The position numbers and the translations under genes were made by a program. The notes under the pieces were generated by a model that was not told the origin of the DNA, did not search any database, and saw only the letters and a list, made by a program, of their open reading frames with translations. A DNA stretch of 63,830 bases, counting the filler, from Intoshia linei (Eukaryota; Animalia; Orthonectida), in the NCBI GenBank assembly GCA_001642005.1. It is 6 parts of 6 records of this genome, joined end to end, with 100 filler letters (N's around TTAATTAATTAA, not from the genome) between each part and the next. Parts side by side here need not be neighbours in the genome. Positions count along the whole stretch, not along the records: positions 1 to 10,192 come from LWCA01001294.1; positions 10,293 to 22,921 come from LWCA01001063.1; 4 more parts are not named here. One strand, 5' to 3'. Of this stretch, positions 1 through 13,846 are shown one piece after another (within the stretch, counting starts at the first letter, position 1; every line of letters starts with the position of its first letter).

Positions 1-594
1 ACTAATATATGACAATTTTCTTAAAAATATTATTTTAAATATAAAAATTTTTATGCAAAGAGCTATAAAGATGCGCAAACTTATCGTCTAGCGAATCATG
101 AACGCCTAATTGATAAAAAACCGATTACAATGAGAAAACTGAATAAATATATAAAAAAAATATAAATTGAAATAGATACCATGAAATTTACTATACAAAA
201 TAAATTAAATTTTGCTCATTATTCATATTTTCAAGTGCTTTGTCCCAGGGTTTTTTTAATTTTTTTTATATAATTTTTTGATAATTGTGTATCATTCAAC
301 ACCGTCTACCACGTATGGGGTGTTAATTATTAATTGATCAACGCTGACTCATTAATGAGTATTTTACAGAATTAGTCATCGGAGTGTCATTTTTTTTTTT
401 AAATTACATCTAATCTACTGGGTATGTTTTTGAATTTCTTAAAAAAAATATTTGATGTGACACTCTACTGCATATGCAGTTCTCGAGTCTTAACTGTTAA
501 TATAATTTTAATATTGTTAAATAAATCTTAAAAAAATTAAGATTTATTTTTGATAACATTGCTTCATCTCAAATGAGTGATAGAATATAGTATA

Positions 595-660
595 CTAGCT
601 TGACTGTTATGTACTTCGTACAAACAGCATCCTAGCTCTGCCGAGGGCGGACATTTTTGT
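595..660 (-). mobile_element. Helitron 3' terminus (hairpin + CTAG) of the dominant non-autonomous family
   Basis: Minus strand reads gccctcggcagagctaggatgCTGTTTGTACgaaGTACATAACAGtcaagCTAG|T. The same motif recurs near 22640, 26580, 27895, 30090-30145, 32635-32689, 39150 and 62620. Confidence 0.75.
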
Positions 661-1220
661 TCTACTAGAAAAATAAATTCAATAAGAATTAAAAATACTA
701 ATTATGTATCAATAATTAACGGAATCAGCACTTGTGAAACATTTCAAGTGAATTTTACTAATATTGCAAAGAATTATAATAAATATAAAAATGATAATAA
801 CAAAGTTGTACTTTTAGTTTGTTGTAATTTTAATAAATTTCGTAAATTTTTTGAAAATGAATATGAAAAATTGCGTAGCAATAAAAAAAAATCCGAAGGA
901 ATGAATTATATACAATGTATATTATACATGTTCACGAAAATTTCTCTTTATTGGAAATGTGTAGACGTTCAATGCACATTTTTTTTTAAATTGTAGGATT
1001 AATTGTATATTTTCAATTTTATTTTAATCGAAATATTTGAAAAATATAAATATTACATTAGCGACATGTTCAGGTTTAAGGGGATTTTTTTTAGAAAATT
1101 ATGTGGTCCACACATTTTTTTTGTGACAAGTGGTCCATAGTAAAAAAAGTTTGGGAACCACTGTATTAGACTTAATCTGTCGCTGCTGTATATGTTTTCT
1201 GATTATATATTCTTTTAGTA

Positions 1221-4007
1221 ATGAAGACAAATGAAATTTCTTCATATGTAAATAAAAGCGATAAACCAAAACCAAAATTCACATACCTAAAAAAAGGTAC
1301 TGGACTTGGTCGCTTTGGTGGAAAAATCACCCCAAGAAAATGTAAATTTTATAAAGTTTTGAATGTAAGTAAGTAATGTAAGTTGGTGGTTAAATTCAAA
1401 TATATTTTACAGTTTGGTTTTACTGTTAAATCTTGAATCTAAAATTACCATTAACATTTCATCGTGAAGCCGAACAAATTTAATGGCTGATTATGTGTCA
1501 CTGTCTTTAGAAATTAACAATAATGATATTTAGCCGTAAAGAAAATTAACTCTGAGAAAATTACAGCTACAGCTAAAAAAGAAATTGATGAATTTGAAAT
1601 GCTTGAAAAAACATGCAAAAATGATAATTCCAATGGATATTCAGAATCTAAAGGTGTTTTTAATTTAACATTTGATATCAAATTACAGACCATATTTCAA
1701 ATTCCCTGTTTAATGATTGTATGAATTTGAATAGTGATAATGAAAATTTCTTTGATTCAGAGTCTTTTAAGGAAAATATATCTATTAATCATTCCGATAA
1801 GCCAGTTGTCAGCAAATTAATATCCAATTTATTTCCAGTTTTAAATGAGGTTGGTTATTTTGTAATTGTTATTTATTAAAATAAGTTTTTGTAATTATTT
1901 TTATTATTTATAAAACTGATACTCATTTTCATTTAGAATAAAATAAAAATAAATGCTGAAAAAATGAAAAGTGACCGAAAAAGTGATTTAAACGGTAATG
2001 AAATTGTTTCCGATTGGCCAAATATTGTTAATGAAAAAATTAAACTCCTTCAAAGCGAAATTGATAAGTATAAATCAGAGACTAGTCATATCGTAGATTT
2101 GCAAAATCTTTTAAGAAAGGTGTGTTTTTTTAAATTGTTGTATATTTAAATAGGAATTGGAGAAAAAAAATATCGAAGAAAATGAATTTATAAAGAAACA
2201 AAGTGTAATGGAACAAGATTTTGAAAAATATAAAAATGAAATTTTAAACAAAATTAACCACGAAAAACAAATGTTGATTGGTTTGAACCGACAATTAATT
2301 TCGAACAAGTCTAAAATTACTAATGTTGATAAATATGAAACTATTATCAAACAAGTAAACTTTTATTTTGTTTTGAATTAATTTTTTTAGTTGCAAGACC
2401 AAACTACAAATTATAAAGAAACCATCTCAAAATTAAAAATGGATAATGAAAGATTACAGAAAGCTTTGAGTGATTTGAATATATCTCATGAAAAATTAAA
2501 TCAAGAATACATGATTATCTCAAAATTGTATGCTGATTCTAAAATAACAAAAAATCAGACATGTTTGGTTAATGGAAATTCAAAAATTTATAAACAAAAT
2601 AGTTGTACAAATCTTCATAATGGAAATAATAAAATTACGTCTGATATTACTCAACGGTCTAATGTTAAATCCAATGCATTTGATATTTATCATAGAAAAA
2701 TTAAGATGGAATTGGGAAATGAAAATTGTTATGAAATTGTTCATCCAAATGGAGATGTAATTTTTTTAATTTCATTTATATTAAATTTTCATTTTAGATT
2801 GAAAGATTTTATAATGACAATTCTTATTCGATCACTTTTAAAAATGTACCAGAGTTTAATGTTTCGAATCAACCTCATACTGTAATACGGTATAGTAATG
2901 GTGATATTAAAAGATTATATCAAGACAATCGCGAGGAATATGAGTATGCTGCCAGTAAATCTGTTCTTGTTTCTTATGCTGGTGGTACTACAATAAAAAC
3001 GTTCAAAAGGTTATATATCTGTAATATTAATATATAGTGGTTTTTAAACCTGACTCAGTAGAATTTTCTGGGATATAGAAAAAATTTACACTACATCTAA
3101 TATGCATGTATATTAGGGGTGTTTCAAAATTTTATAAATTAGGTCCAAATACTAATAAATTTGCGTGATAGTTATATGATAATCGTGAAAAGAAGAAAAA
3201 TTTATGAAAATTTTTAGTGGAAGAGCTTGCCATTTTAAAAATTTCATACAAAAACTAAAATATAACTTTATTTACTGTTTACTTATTATTTTATAGATGT
3301 TGAAAGTTCTTTTTATTTTATAAAAATTATTATTTTTCATTGATAAAAATTTTCACTAAAAACTAAAATAAATGAGGTAGAATTGAATTTAAAGATGCAA
3401 AGTGAATAACCAAACATGACGAACAAAACATAACTACAGCATCTCATTGTAATATTCCAGTAAATAAAGTTATATTTTAGTTTTTGTAGCACATTTTTGT
3501 ATGAAATTTTTAAAATGGCAAGCTCTTCCACTAAAAATTTTCATAAATTTTTCTTCTTTTCACGATTATCATATAACTATCACGCAAATTTATCAGTATT
3601 TGGACCTAATTTATAAAATAAAATGTTTTAATCACTCACTAGTTGTCAAAACGAGAATATATAATAATCCAGACGACAGACAAATTTTATATTTAATTTT
3701 GTGTCGAGTGTTTTTTTTCACAGAGCTGGTTACTTTGTACAAAACAAGCTTGTAAAAAATACAATTTAAATTATTATTGATAGGTATTTATACATTTTAT
3801 TTTAAATTTAGTGGACAAATTGAAAAAACATTCCCTGATAATCACAAAGAAATTTTGTTTCCATCAGGTCGTAAAAAAGTGATACACCAAGATGGATCAT
3901 TTCATATAACATTTCTCAACGGAGAAACTAGATTATACTCCAAAGAAGATGCAGATAAATTGCAAAAATATGCTCATTCTATTCAAGTAAAACAGTCTTT
4001 GCATTGA
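1221..4007 (+). CDS. CENPJ: SAS-4/CPAP (CENPJ) centriole protein with C-terminal TCP10 (G-box) domain; multi-exon, 5' end uncertain
   Basis: First visible exon MKTNEISSYVNKSDKPKPKFTYLKKGTGLGRFG resembles the CPAP PFLKRGEGLARF motif. Coiled-coil exons lie at 1940-2500. Spliced C-terminus EIVHPNGD|IERFY...TVIRYSNGDIKRLYQDNREEYEYAASKSV...TFK|SGQIEKTFPDNHKEILFPSGRKKVIHQDG is the TCP10 beta-repeat. Introns are GT-AG, ~33-40 nt, plus a long one at 3010-3810. Confidence 0.85.
3115..3640. repeat. Long-TIR foldback/MITE in SAS-4 intron
   Basis: 3129-3277 is a near-perfect reverse complement of 3458-3619. The left end starts TAGGGGTG. Confidence 0.8.
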
Positions 4008-4575
4008 ACCATTTCTTGTACAAATTAATTAAAATTAACTTTAATTCTATTTCTTATTATGTAGCATTACATGGTCTTTTTTACTGTCTAATGTAATGAT
4101 TCGACTTTGAAGCATTTTTTGAATAAAATCTTGATTGAATATCAATTTCATTCTTAATATTTTCACATTGTTTGTAAATATTTAATATTTTTGGGATTTA
4201 AAACAAATTGAAGAAATTTTTGGCCAAATACGACAACTAACGTACATTGTACATATTTAATATATTGTGGTAAAAACAATTTTTACTAAACATATTCAAA
4301 TCTATGTTGAGTTAACGATGCAATAAAAACAGTATTGCTAACAAAACTAATAAATTATTTTCTTTATTTGGTAATTATTTTAACACTTTTATCAGTATGA
4401 TTTGAATTACATAAAGTTAGATTACATTACATGAAACAGTTTTAATTGTTAAATTAAAATTAGTAGTTATTAACTCACAAAACAAAGTATGGATGACAAC
4501 GTAATAAGCTAAATTGCCTTTAGCAAATATCAGCAGAAATAAATTCTAAATAATGTACTAAAGTTTGAAAGCAAA

Positions 4576-4648
4576 GCCTCCTTAGCTCAGTGGTTAGAGC
4601 GTTCGACTGTTAACCGAAAGGTCGTCGGTTCGACACCAATAGAAGGCG
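4576..4648 (+). tRNA. tRNA-Asn (GTT), possibly degenerate
   Basis: GCCTCCT-TA-GCTCAGTGGTTAGAGC-G-TTCGA CT GTT AA CCGAA-AGGTC-GTCGG TTCGACA CCAAT-AGAAGGC-G, followed by a T-run Pol III terminator. Confidence 0.85.
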
Positions 4649-6259
4649 GTTTTTTTATTAACATTGTAAATAAAAATATACAAATTTGTTTTTATTATAT
4701 AATCTCATAAATACATGTTATTATTTGTATATTAAATTTTAAAAACATTTACACACTTAGATGACATTAGAAATTTTTCTTTGTTCCTAAAATATTATTA
4801 GTAAAGATGTTAGGTTAATTGTTTTCGAGAGTCAGATTCTATACAAATTTCATTTTCAGAAATTGAGTCCGTCACGATCAAAAGAACAAATTACCTTTTT
4901 TTTAAAATAAAATGAGACCTACAAATTTTTATACATTTTGATACACATTTTAAAATCACGAGCATTATTATAAATTTCAACCTCAAAAACATAAATATTC
5001 CCTGCCAAAACCACAAAATACCCATTATTTTGTAAAATGTAAACAAAACTAGTATTCTTACAATTTAATAAAAGTAGAAATTTAATATAGTTTTTCGAGT
5101 TAACATGTCTAAAAAATTTCAGCATCGCAAAGTTAAGCCTTGACGGTCAAAAAATCATTTACTATTTGTGTTTTTTAGAAAATTATTTAATTAATAATAA
5201 ATGTAAAATAAAAAATATGAAGTAATTAATTGATTCTTGAATTAAAAAATGGACTATTTTGATACAGATTTATCAAATTGTGTTTGTTCATATTGTTAGT
5301 ACGACATACATGATATCAGTGACGAATCTAGAATTTTCTGTCAGGGGCCAAAATCATATTTTGTATTTAAATTAGAATTTTATATTAACAGTGCGCTACA
5401 AATATTTAACCTTTCTCATATGAATTCAAATATTTATTAGTATTATGTATATTTAGACAGCACAAATAGTTTTAAGCTCAAGGTTACGCCAATTAGTGGT
5501 AGAGCAGAATTTAAACCTTTAAACTTTAACCCCTACACCACCTAGATTTTCTACTGCATGACAGTGAATTCAGTGTATAATAAAATAACATAATCTTACG
5601 ACAATAGATTCCTTTGACTATATTGTATTCATTTTTGCAATTGATGCAGTAATTTCCATTACATGTAATGCATCCAATGCAACATGCTAAATGTAAATAG
5701 CTAATACATCCAGTTTACATAGATAGGCGAAAATAGATTAATGTCGTTACTCACGTGGGCAAGGTCGAATATTTCAATAAAAAGATAAAAATCATTTTTA
5801 GTCGAACCATAGTTTTTACTAATTGTTTCCTGGTCAAAATTTACAGACATTTGCATTTCACTCACAATTAATAATAATCATGATTAGTGCAAAAATTGAT
5901 AAAATTTTCTAAGAACGATTTATAATTTAACGTTTTAAAAATCTTCACAAAATTTTTTATTACAGTGCACCATAGCGTGGAGAGCCAGCATTAAGTTTAG
6001 ACCAGATGGTAATAAGACTCTATACATTGCTTAATCGATCGTTCTTAATCTAAAAATTAAGAATAAATAATTGGACTGTTGAAAGAACATTTTATTATAC
6101 GATATATTTGGTATACTTAAGAAACTTTCCAACATTTCCTAAATCAAAAAAATAAACCTATTATGATTGTAGACCCAGCCATATGTCCCTAGCCTTTTTC
6201 AACGGCCCTGCTGTCAACACATTATTTTTATTGCATGATGATATACTTATTACGTTTAC

Positions 6260-6947
6260 AGAAATTATCTCGAACATAGAATCCCGGTGAACATATTGAA
6301 CGAATGTTTCCAGCCCAAACAAAACATTTTAAAATCCTACATTCTAAACAAAATTTCATCATCAGTATAAAATCGTCATGATTTATACTTAAATAGTATA
6401 ATCTTCATAATATTTCGCGGACTCTTAGAAAACTCCTAGAAAATTGTATGCATCCAGTGGTCTGGTTCACTCATGTTTAACTTTTGAAGACATAAACCAT
6501 CATTTACAAGGACAACGGGTTTGTGGTTGCTACTAAATTTATTTTAATCACCATGAGTTTTTTAATACACAATAGCAAAGTTTAATAAAAATCATATAGA
6601 TACAAACTATTAATGTCTTCTAGATTGCGACAATTATTCGAATAATAATCATAGATGGTTGAAAACTTAGAATCTTCTAAAAAATGTGGCCAATTTGTAG
6701 TAAAATTTTGATTTATAATCAATCCCAAGTTGTAATTTTCCATATTCCTAGTGCCATCACCATTATATTTTAACACAAACGACATGTGCATACCAAAAGT
6801 AACCTTATCGCAATATGACGTTACAAATTTGTTATTCCATCCATTATCCCCATTTACCAATCTTAGTAATCCGTATAGTCCCATTAATGCATGTTCATTA
6901 ACGCAATGGTATTTTAACACGTTATGTCTAAAAATTGATATTATCAT
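6260..6947 (-). pseudogene. Decayed intronless paralogue of the 19142-22552 capsid-like ORF
   Basis: YGLLRLVNGDNGWNN...VTFGMHMSFVLKYN aligns by eye with YRLLNHKMYGDNQYN...VKISFHFNFNLKIN of the 1136-aa protein. The continuation below 6582 has frameshifts and stops. Confidence 0.55.
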
Positions 6948-7479
6948 ACATTTTACTTTTCAAATGGCTTATAAATACAATACAATATACATTAGGGTTG
7001 TGACAAGATTTTAAAAATTAAATGCAGGATCGAAAAAAGTTGATTAATTAATCAAAAATTACAATACAAAAAAAATTATAAAAACCTATTTTGTCATTTT
7101 CAATATGATAATATATATTCAATATCAATTAATAAATATTCAAAAATAACAATTATGTATCAATAACTAACGGAATCAGCACTTTATAAACATATTAGAG
7201 GTGAATTTTACCAATATTGCAAAGGATTGTAATAAATATAAAAATGATAATAACAAAGTTGTATTACTTTTAGTAATTCGTTCTTGTAGTTTTAATTTAA
7301 ATTTTCAACAAAATGTTTTGAAAATGAGAATTTCAGATTTAAAAATTGCGTAGCAATGAAAAAAATTCCAAAGGAATGAATTATATAGATTTTCACACAT
7401 ATTTCTTTATTGAAAATGTGTAGATGTTCAATGCAAATTTTTTTTTGAAATTGTAGGATCAATATTTACATTTTCAATT

Positions 7480-7962
7480 TTTATTTTAATCGAAATATTT
7501 GAAAAATATTGGTGGATAATATATTAAAAATTATTTTTCACCGGGATTGCGCAGATTCCTGGGATTAAAATTTTTTGTATGTGTTAACAGGATACAACTG
7601 TACCACATGTAAATTTTTTTAAATTCTAGGGCTGTTTTCATTAAAAAAAAAGTGTCATTTGGGATTTTGGCCCTGAAGATCTATTTTTTTTAAGTTTAAA
7701 TTTATGATAATATTTATGATTTTAAAATCCGTATCAGAGAGTATATTTTTTTAAATTCTCGAACTCGTTTGATTTTCAAAAAAAGGATAATTGGGCTTTT
7801 TGACCCGTAAGATGTGAGTTTGGCAGGTTGAAATTTATCTTATTAACACCCGGAAAAAACTGTAATATAAATGTGTACTTTATAAAATTCTAAGACTGGT
7901 ATTTATTGGAATAAACGATAACACACACACAGACAAACAAAGCATACTATATAATTTAGGAA
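7480..7962 (-). mobile_element. Non-autonomous Helitron fragment (5' part)
   Basis: Reverse complement of the 32092-32550 and 50062-50620 repeat, including the TGTTTGTCTGTGTGTG leader. Confidence 0.6.
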
Positions 7963-9942
7963 AATACATAATGTACGCAATGTATGCCTTATAATTACAC
8001 ATGTAAATGGAAATTTGGCTCTATTTCAAAATGTACATTAAATATTAATATTTACATTTTTTTATCATTTATATTACATTTAATTACTTTTCATTATATT
8101 GATGTTTAATTATTCTATCTTTCATATTTGTAAGCATATTCATAAATAGAGGGCATGCTGTATTATTTCTATATCCCAGATTATACTCGTTAAAGGCCTA
8201 AATGTAGTTGAATAAATATAAATTTATGAGAATAATCGATTTTTGAAACGATTAAAAACCAATGTTCTTAGAGGGTCAAATACTTTAATACTATCCATTT
8301 AAGATGAGAATTTTGATTAATTTACTCCGTTATTTAATTATAATTAATTATTTGGTTAATAATTGTCGTTTACCAAAAACCAATCAATGATTAGTTTGTT
8401 ACGTTGTTTAATTTACATGTTAATTATATTTTAAAATTAATTAAGTAAATATTATGATGGTTCAACATTCTATCTGTAAACTAAAATTTACATACATTTT
8501 ATTTTATTATTCAAAATAAAGCAAAATTATTTTGAATACATAAAACGACAATATAAGACAGATGTTATAAAAGACATCAAAGGATTTCTGGATTTGAGTG
8601 TTACACGCTTAAAGAAGTCAATTAACATTGATATTGAAGTTGAAAATTTAATAGTTACACTGTAAAAAGTCAAGAGAATTATCAAATAATTGTGGTTCAT
8701 GTAAATCGAATTAAAAAATCAAAAATTTTATATTTACTTTACATTTATATTTCTACTTTTTTTCAAGTTCATTTTTATATACAGATCAAAATTTTCAGTA
8801 TAATAAAATTGATCTCTAAAAACCAGTTATAACTGAAGAAGCAACTAATATCACAATTTGTAAAATTTGCAATCATGATTTACAAAACAAATTTGATTCA
8901 TTTTTATTAATTTATTATTTTTTTGTATCAGTTAAAATTAAATAATAATTACTCGTATATTCGTGATATTGTTAAGTGCTTCCAAATCTCTTCGATCAAA
9001 TAACACATTCCCGTTAGAATCGAAAGGTTCTAACCATTTACTAGTTTTATGAGTTGCGTATTCAATCGATATTAAATGATACAGACTTTTGACAATATCT
9101 AAATGTATTAAAGTAAATATGGTTGATTTTTATTATATTACTTAGTGCTTTCGAACAGGCGCAGGTAATTCTAGATCAGGGTTCTCAACGGCCGAACGAG
9201 CGAATCGCCCAAATTGAGTTCGAATGAAACAGAACTGAACCAACCATGCTTTGCAGCCATGCTCTACGCCCACAAAATCAAAAATAGGTCCCTAAATGAC
9301 TTATTTAACGATGCATAATGAAATACAAAAATTAATAGACCAAAATAAGTTAAAATTTGAAAGATTTTTAATAAAGTTTTTAATTGATAATACAGATGAC
9401 ACATCACGAAGCTGCTAAAACGTTTACCTATATGCCACGTTTATTTTCAAAATTGAGTCAATATTTCATTGATAAATTAAGAAAAACTTGGTGGGAATGC
9501 ACCAAAAAAGTAAAAGTAGAGTTAAAAAAGTTTAATTAATGATTTGTGTTTTCTCCATGTACCCTAAAAACATCTTATATTCAAGGGCAATTTAAAATAT
9601 TTTTATCAAAACTTACATTACATTTTTGACTCTCAATGTTAAAGTAAATTTTTTTCGGCCGTGGTATCGTAATGAGTAAAGTAGCTTTACTGCTTAATTG
9701 GTAGAAAGGTGTGCACTAGAGGTGTGACAAAATTTTAAAAATTAAGTGCAGGATCGGAAAACGTTAGTAATTAATTAAAAATGACAGTAACGTAAATGTA
9801 TTCATTACTATACCTAACAATATACTTATAGTCGAATTCTGGCAACACCAATTATTGAAATATAAAGATACAAGATTATATTATTTTGTTGAACTAATTA
9901 ATCCATATTAACGATACACACTACTAATATAATCTTTTGAAA

Positions 9943-10192
9943 ATGGAGACATAACCAATAACCATCGTAAATTCAGAAGTCACAATCAATGACATCGAAC
10001 TAATGTCAACCAGATTGAAATACATATTCAAAACTGATGAAGAAAGACTACCGCATCTCATGAAGGTAATATCAGACGATGATTTAAAATACCTGATGTT
10101 AAATTTACCCTCAGAAAACCTAAGGAAATATACGGAAGTAATTAACTGTTTGAAACTGAGAAACCACTCTGTATCAATTCGATACATCGAAA
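9943..10192 (+). pseudogene. Intronless ORF fragment at contig end, possibly retrotransposon Gag-like
   Basis: MET*PITIVNSEVTINDIELMSTRLKYIFKTDEERLPHLMKV... has an early in-frame stop and is truncated by the spacer. No diagnostic motif. Confidence 0.25.
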
Positions 10193-10292
10193 NNNNNNNN
10201 NNNNNNNNNNNNNNNNNNNNNNNNNNNNNNNNNNNNTTAATTAATTAANNNNNNNNNNNNNNNNNNNNNNNNNNNNNNNNNNNNNNNNNNNN
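10193..10292. other. Artificial contig spacer (N-TTAATTAATTAA-N, 100 nt)
   Basis: Identical 100-nt six-frame-stop linker found five times in the window. Confidence 0.97.
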
Positions 10293-10532
10293 GTAATTTA
10301 TAAATTTTTCGGGTCGACATATTTTTTGAACCGTTTGGACCATGTGCAAAATTGACGGATATATTTCCGGTTTATCATTAGTCAATTGCACCAGTTCTGG
10401 AACACTACAGTTTCCCACGCTGTCGTGTTTGTACATTCTCGTTTTTTTAAATTTGGCTGGATTAAACTGATCCAAAGGTATTGACGTGTAATTAAATGGG
10501 TTCATTAGGCCATCTTGAAATGTTCGTTCCAT
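10293..10532 (-). CDS. Putative coding exon of unidentified gene, running off the contig end
   Basis: Open 80-aa frame MERTFQDGLMNPFNYTSIP... directly after a tttag acceptor, with higher GC than the flanks. Confidence 0.4.
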
Positions 10533-12403
10533 CTAAAATTATATATTTATATGTAAAATAGAGATACAAATTAAATTCAATAATAAAAGCTTAGTAAAAA
10601 TTATAATTTAATGAATGAAAAAAGATATGCATAAATATAAATTTTGATACTCGCAATAAAAAAGTATTACAAATACATATACTTCACTTGAATTAATATA
10701 GTTAATAGATTCACTCAGTATATAGTAATATTATTAATAAAAAATTACAGTATTTAATTTTTTGAAAATGATGTTGAAGAGTAAATTTAATAATGAATTA
10801 CTATGTAGAATACACATTTTGCATGATTATAATTATCATCATTATTATGATGTCAAATTGATTTGTTGATGTTTATTAAATGCGTAACTATGTTCAAATT
10901 TTATTATAACCTATAAAAGTGTTGAAAGTGAAAAAATTGACTCTACGACACACCCATTGTTTACAAATTGTATTAATAGCACTATCTAAGAAAGCGGCAT
11001 TATTTATTACTATTATAGATTTATAACGTATTAATGTTATTAACTAAATGTAAAATGTTATTTTTCTATTTTAATGATTTAAAACCACCTCATCATGATT
11101 TCAATTATGAATTTATTTAAAAATATATATTAAGTTAAGTTAACTGGTTGTGATTTAAATCTACAATAATATTCTATTATAATAGTTAGATAATTATCTA
11201 TTTATATGATACTAAGTAAGTTAACATTCCATAATGATACATTTATATATTGGTACAAAATATGTAATTTGTAATAATAATAACTAATATTTAATAATAG
11301 TATTGTAGTTTCAAATTGAATTTGATATAAATATATAGCAATGACTCTCAAAAAAATATTGTCGCATCTAACAGTATACCCACTTGGAACTCAAAGGGTT
11401 TATTGTGATAACATAATTTGTGATTTAATCAAAGGAATTATAATCCAAAATTAATCCTTACCCTAATTTTCACAACATTTCAATTAAATATCAAAGTTAT
11501 TCTCACCGATTCTAATTTGATTAAATTTCAGGCTCTGTAGACCCCATTTGGGAACTACTGCCTTGTAATACATCACATATTCTTTTATTTAATGTTCAAA
11601 TTAACCAACTAAGTGACGATAAACCCATTAATACTATTACTATTCTACTTAATATATAAATAATGCAAAAAAATTACTTTATCAGTTTCTTTTATTAAAA
11701 TGATCCTTATTCAAATGAATTTAAGTGATAATGATTTGTGTATTTACATGATTCATTATTTTATAATTATAATCAACAAAAAAATATAATTAATGATCTA
11801 AAATTTTTTAGGCCTAGAAAAAATAACGTCAAAAATTGTTGATCATGTCATCAACTAATTAATTTAGCTTTTTAGTTAATTTAATTTTAATTTATTTAAT
11901 TAGTCTAATTGGATCATTAAAATTATACGATTCTACATTGTAGCTATTTGTATTTACAAGTTAGAATTATATATTGTTTAACTCGTATAATAATAATAAA
12001 TAATGTCAAAACAATGCTATAATTTTTTTTCAAATTATCTATCACGTCAATTAATACTTTAACAATAGATCTTTCACCAACAAACAAATTAAAAATATAT
12101 CTCTCAATTAGAATCAACAATTTCTCATCTTAAAAAAATTTAATGATATTTCAAAAATAATGATTGTCATGTCGGCAGCAGTAGCTAATCTAGATAAGTG
12201 CAAGGGAGCGGGCGCCCCTGGCGTGCCAAATGTGACCTAAAATATTTTAATTTGTATAAAATAGTGTAAAATTTAAAAAATTCCTTGGACACATTAAATT
12301 AAATTGCTTTTATTGACATGTCAATGTGAATTATGTTTGTTATCATTGTTTACGTTTTATGTATATTTATTTGTTATCGGAGTTTAATGGAAATAACGAT
12401 ACC

Positions 12404-12503
12404 AATTTAACGTTATTGATAATCGAAAGAGAACTTGTGGAAAATGTTGATTGTGATGATGTTTTTGAAAAATTTAGTATAATGAAAAATAGAAAAAAAA
12501 TAT
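12404..12503 (+). pseudogene. hAT (ZMYM1-like) transposase C-terminal relic
   Basis: NLTLLIIERELVENVDCDDVFEKFSIMKNRKKI* matches the typical L..L.IE.E....D...I..F...K.RK tail. Confidence 0.55.
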
Positions 12504-13846
12504 AAATTACTATAAAGAAATTATTAATAAACATAATATATAAATAGATTATATGAATTTGGTTTGTAATAATTAATAAATTAATAAAAATTTAACAGCA
12601 AAAAAATATTTTATAAATTTGACGATCCTCTGTAAGAAGGTCGGGTCTAGTAAATGTAATAAAAACTATTATTTTATAACGTAATTTTGCTTTATTCAAG
12701 ATTGTTATCATATCATTTTTGGAAATTTCTACAATGACAGAAAATAATTTATAGATCTAACAAAGTCAGTAAATTTAGACGTTTAGATTGTTAGAAAAAT
12801 AAAAATGATATGTAAAATCTTTATTAACGGAAAGATGGTTTAAAGCAGGCATTCTCAACGTTTTATGAACCGTTCCCATATTAAAAATATTAATTTTTGT
12901 TAAATTAATCTAAAGTTTTTATAATCCTATAAATATGTAATATTTTCCAGGCCTACCCAATTTGTTAAGACCTCACTAAAAATTTCGTCATGTTTACCAG
13001 TGGAGCCTGGTCCCACAATTGGGAAACACTGTTAGAGCGACAAAATCATCGATTTTCTTAATTGATCATAATATTTATATTTTAGCAATATTTTTGAATA
13101 ATAATTACAATGACCAAAATTTTATAAAGTTTTCAAAAGAATATTTTTTTCTACATTTTGTAAAAAATTTTGTAAGGTTTTGAAGAGCATATCTTTAAAA
13201 TTTTATGGGATCTTCTATCATATGAGGGATACATTTATTTTATTTTAAACAACGTATTTTCCAAATTGAAGTTGATAATTAATAAATTCATATTTTATTT
13301 TTCTTGCTCTAGAGATGCTTGCTCTTTGTATACGATGTATACGACAATAATTGATTCATACAGATCAAAACAAATATTATTTTAATGTTAGCCTACTAAC
13401 GTATTAAGCAACATAGCCTATGGCGGTAACGCAAATTGTTTATTTTACAAGTGGTTCATTGTCATTTATGCCAATATTTATGATTTAAAAAACTATCCCT
13501 GAATTTATCTTCTATAAATTTCGAGAATTTTTTTCATTTTTAAAATGACGAGTAATTCAGGGTTTCAGACGTTAAAATGTAAGTTTTTAAAATTAAAATT
13601 GTTAAATTTTTAAAAATTAGAAATTTAAGATTAAACCTCATACTCAAAAAACTGTATAAGAAATTGGTATTTTTAAAACTCTACGTCTATTATATTCATA
13701 AATAAATGGTAACAGATATAAATTTTTAGCTTAATAAAAAAAATATTATGATAAGTAAGGATAATAATAACATAAACATTAGTTCAAACCTAAATTTAAA
13801 GTTTCATGATTTATTTACACATAATAAAGTAAAATGATAGATTAAA

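Noticed and set aside
748-996. Short ORFs in repeats (also 3337-3755, 14213-14669, 17462-17689, 37670-38504, 39376-39672, 52208-52411)
   Set aside because: They lie in Helitron or MITE sequence and are not conserved as frames between copies.
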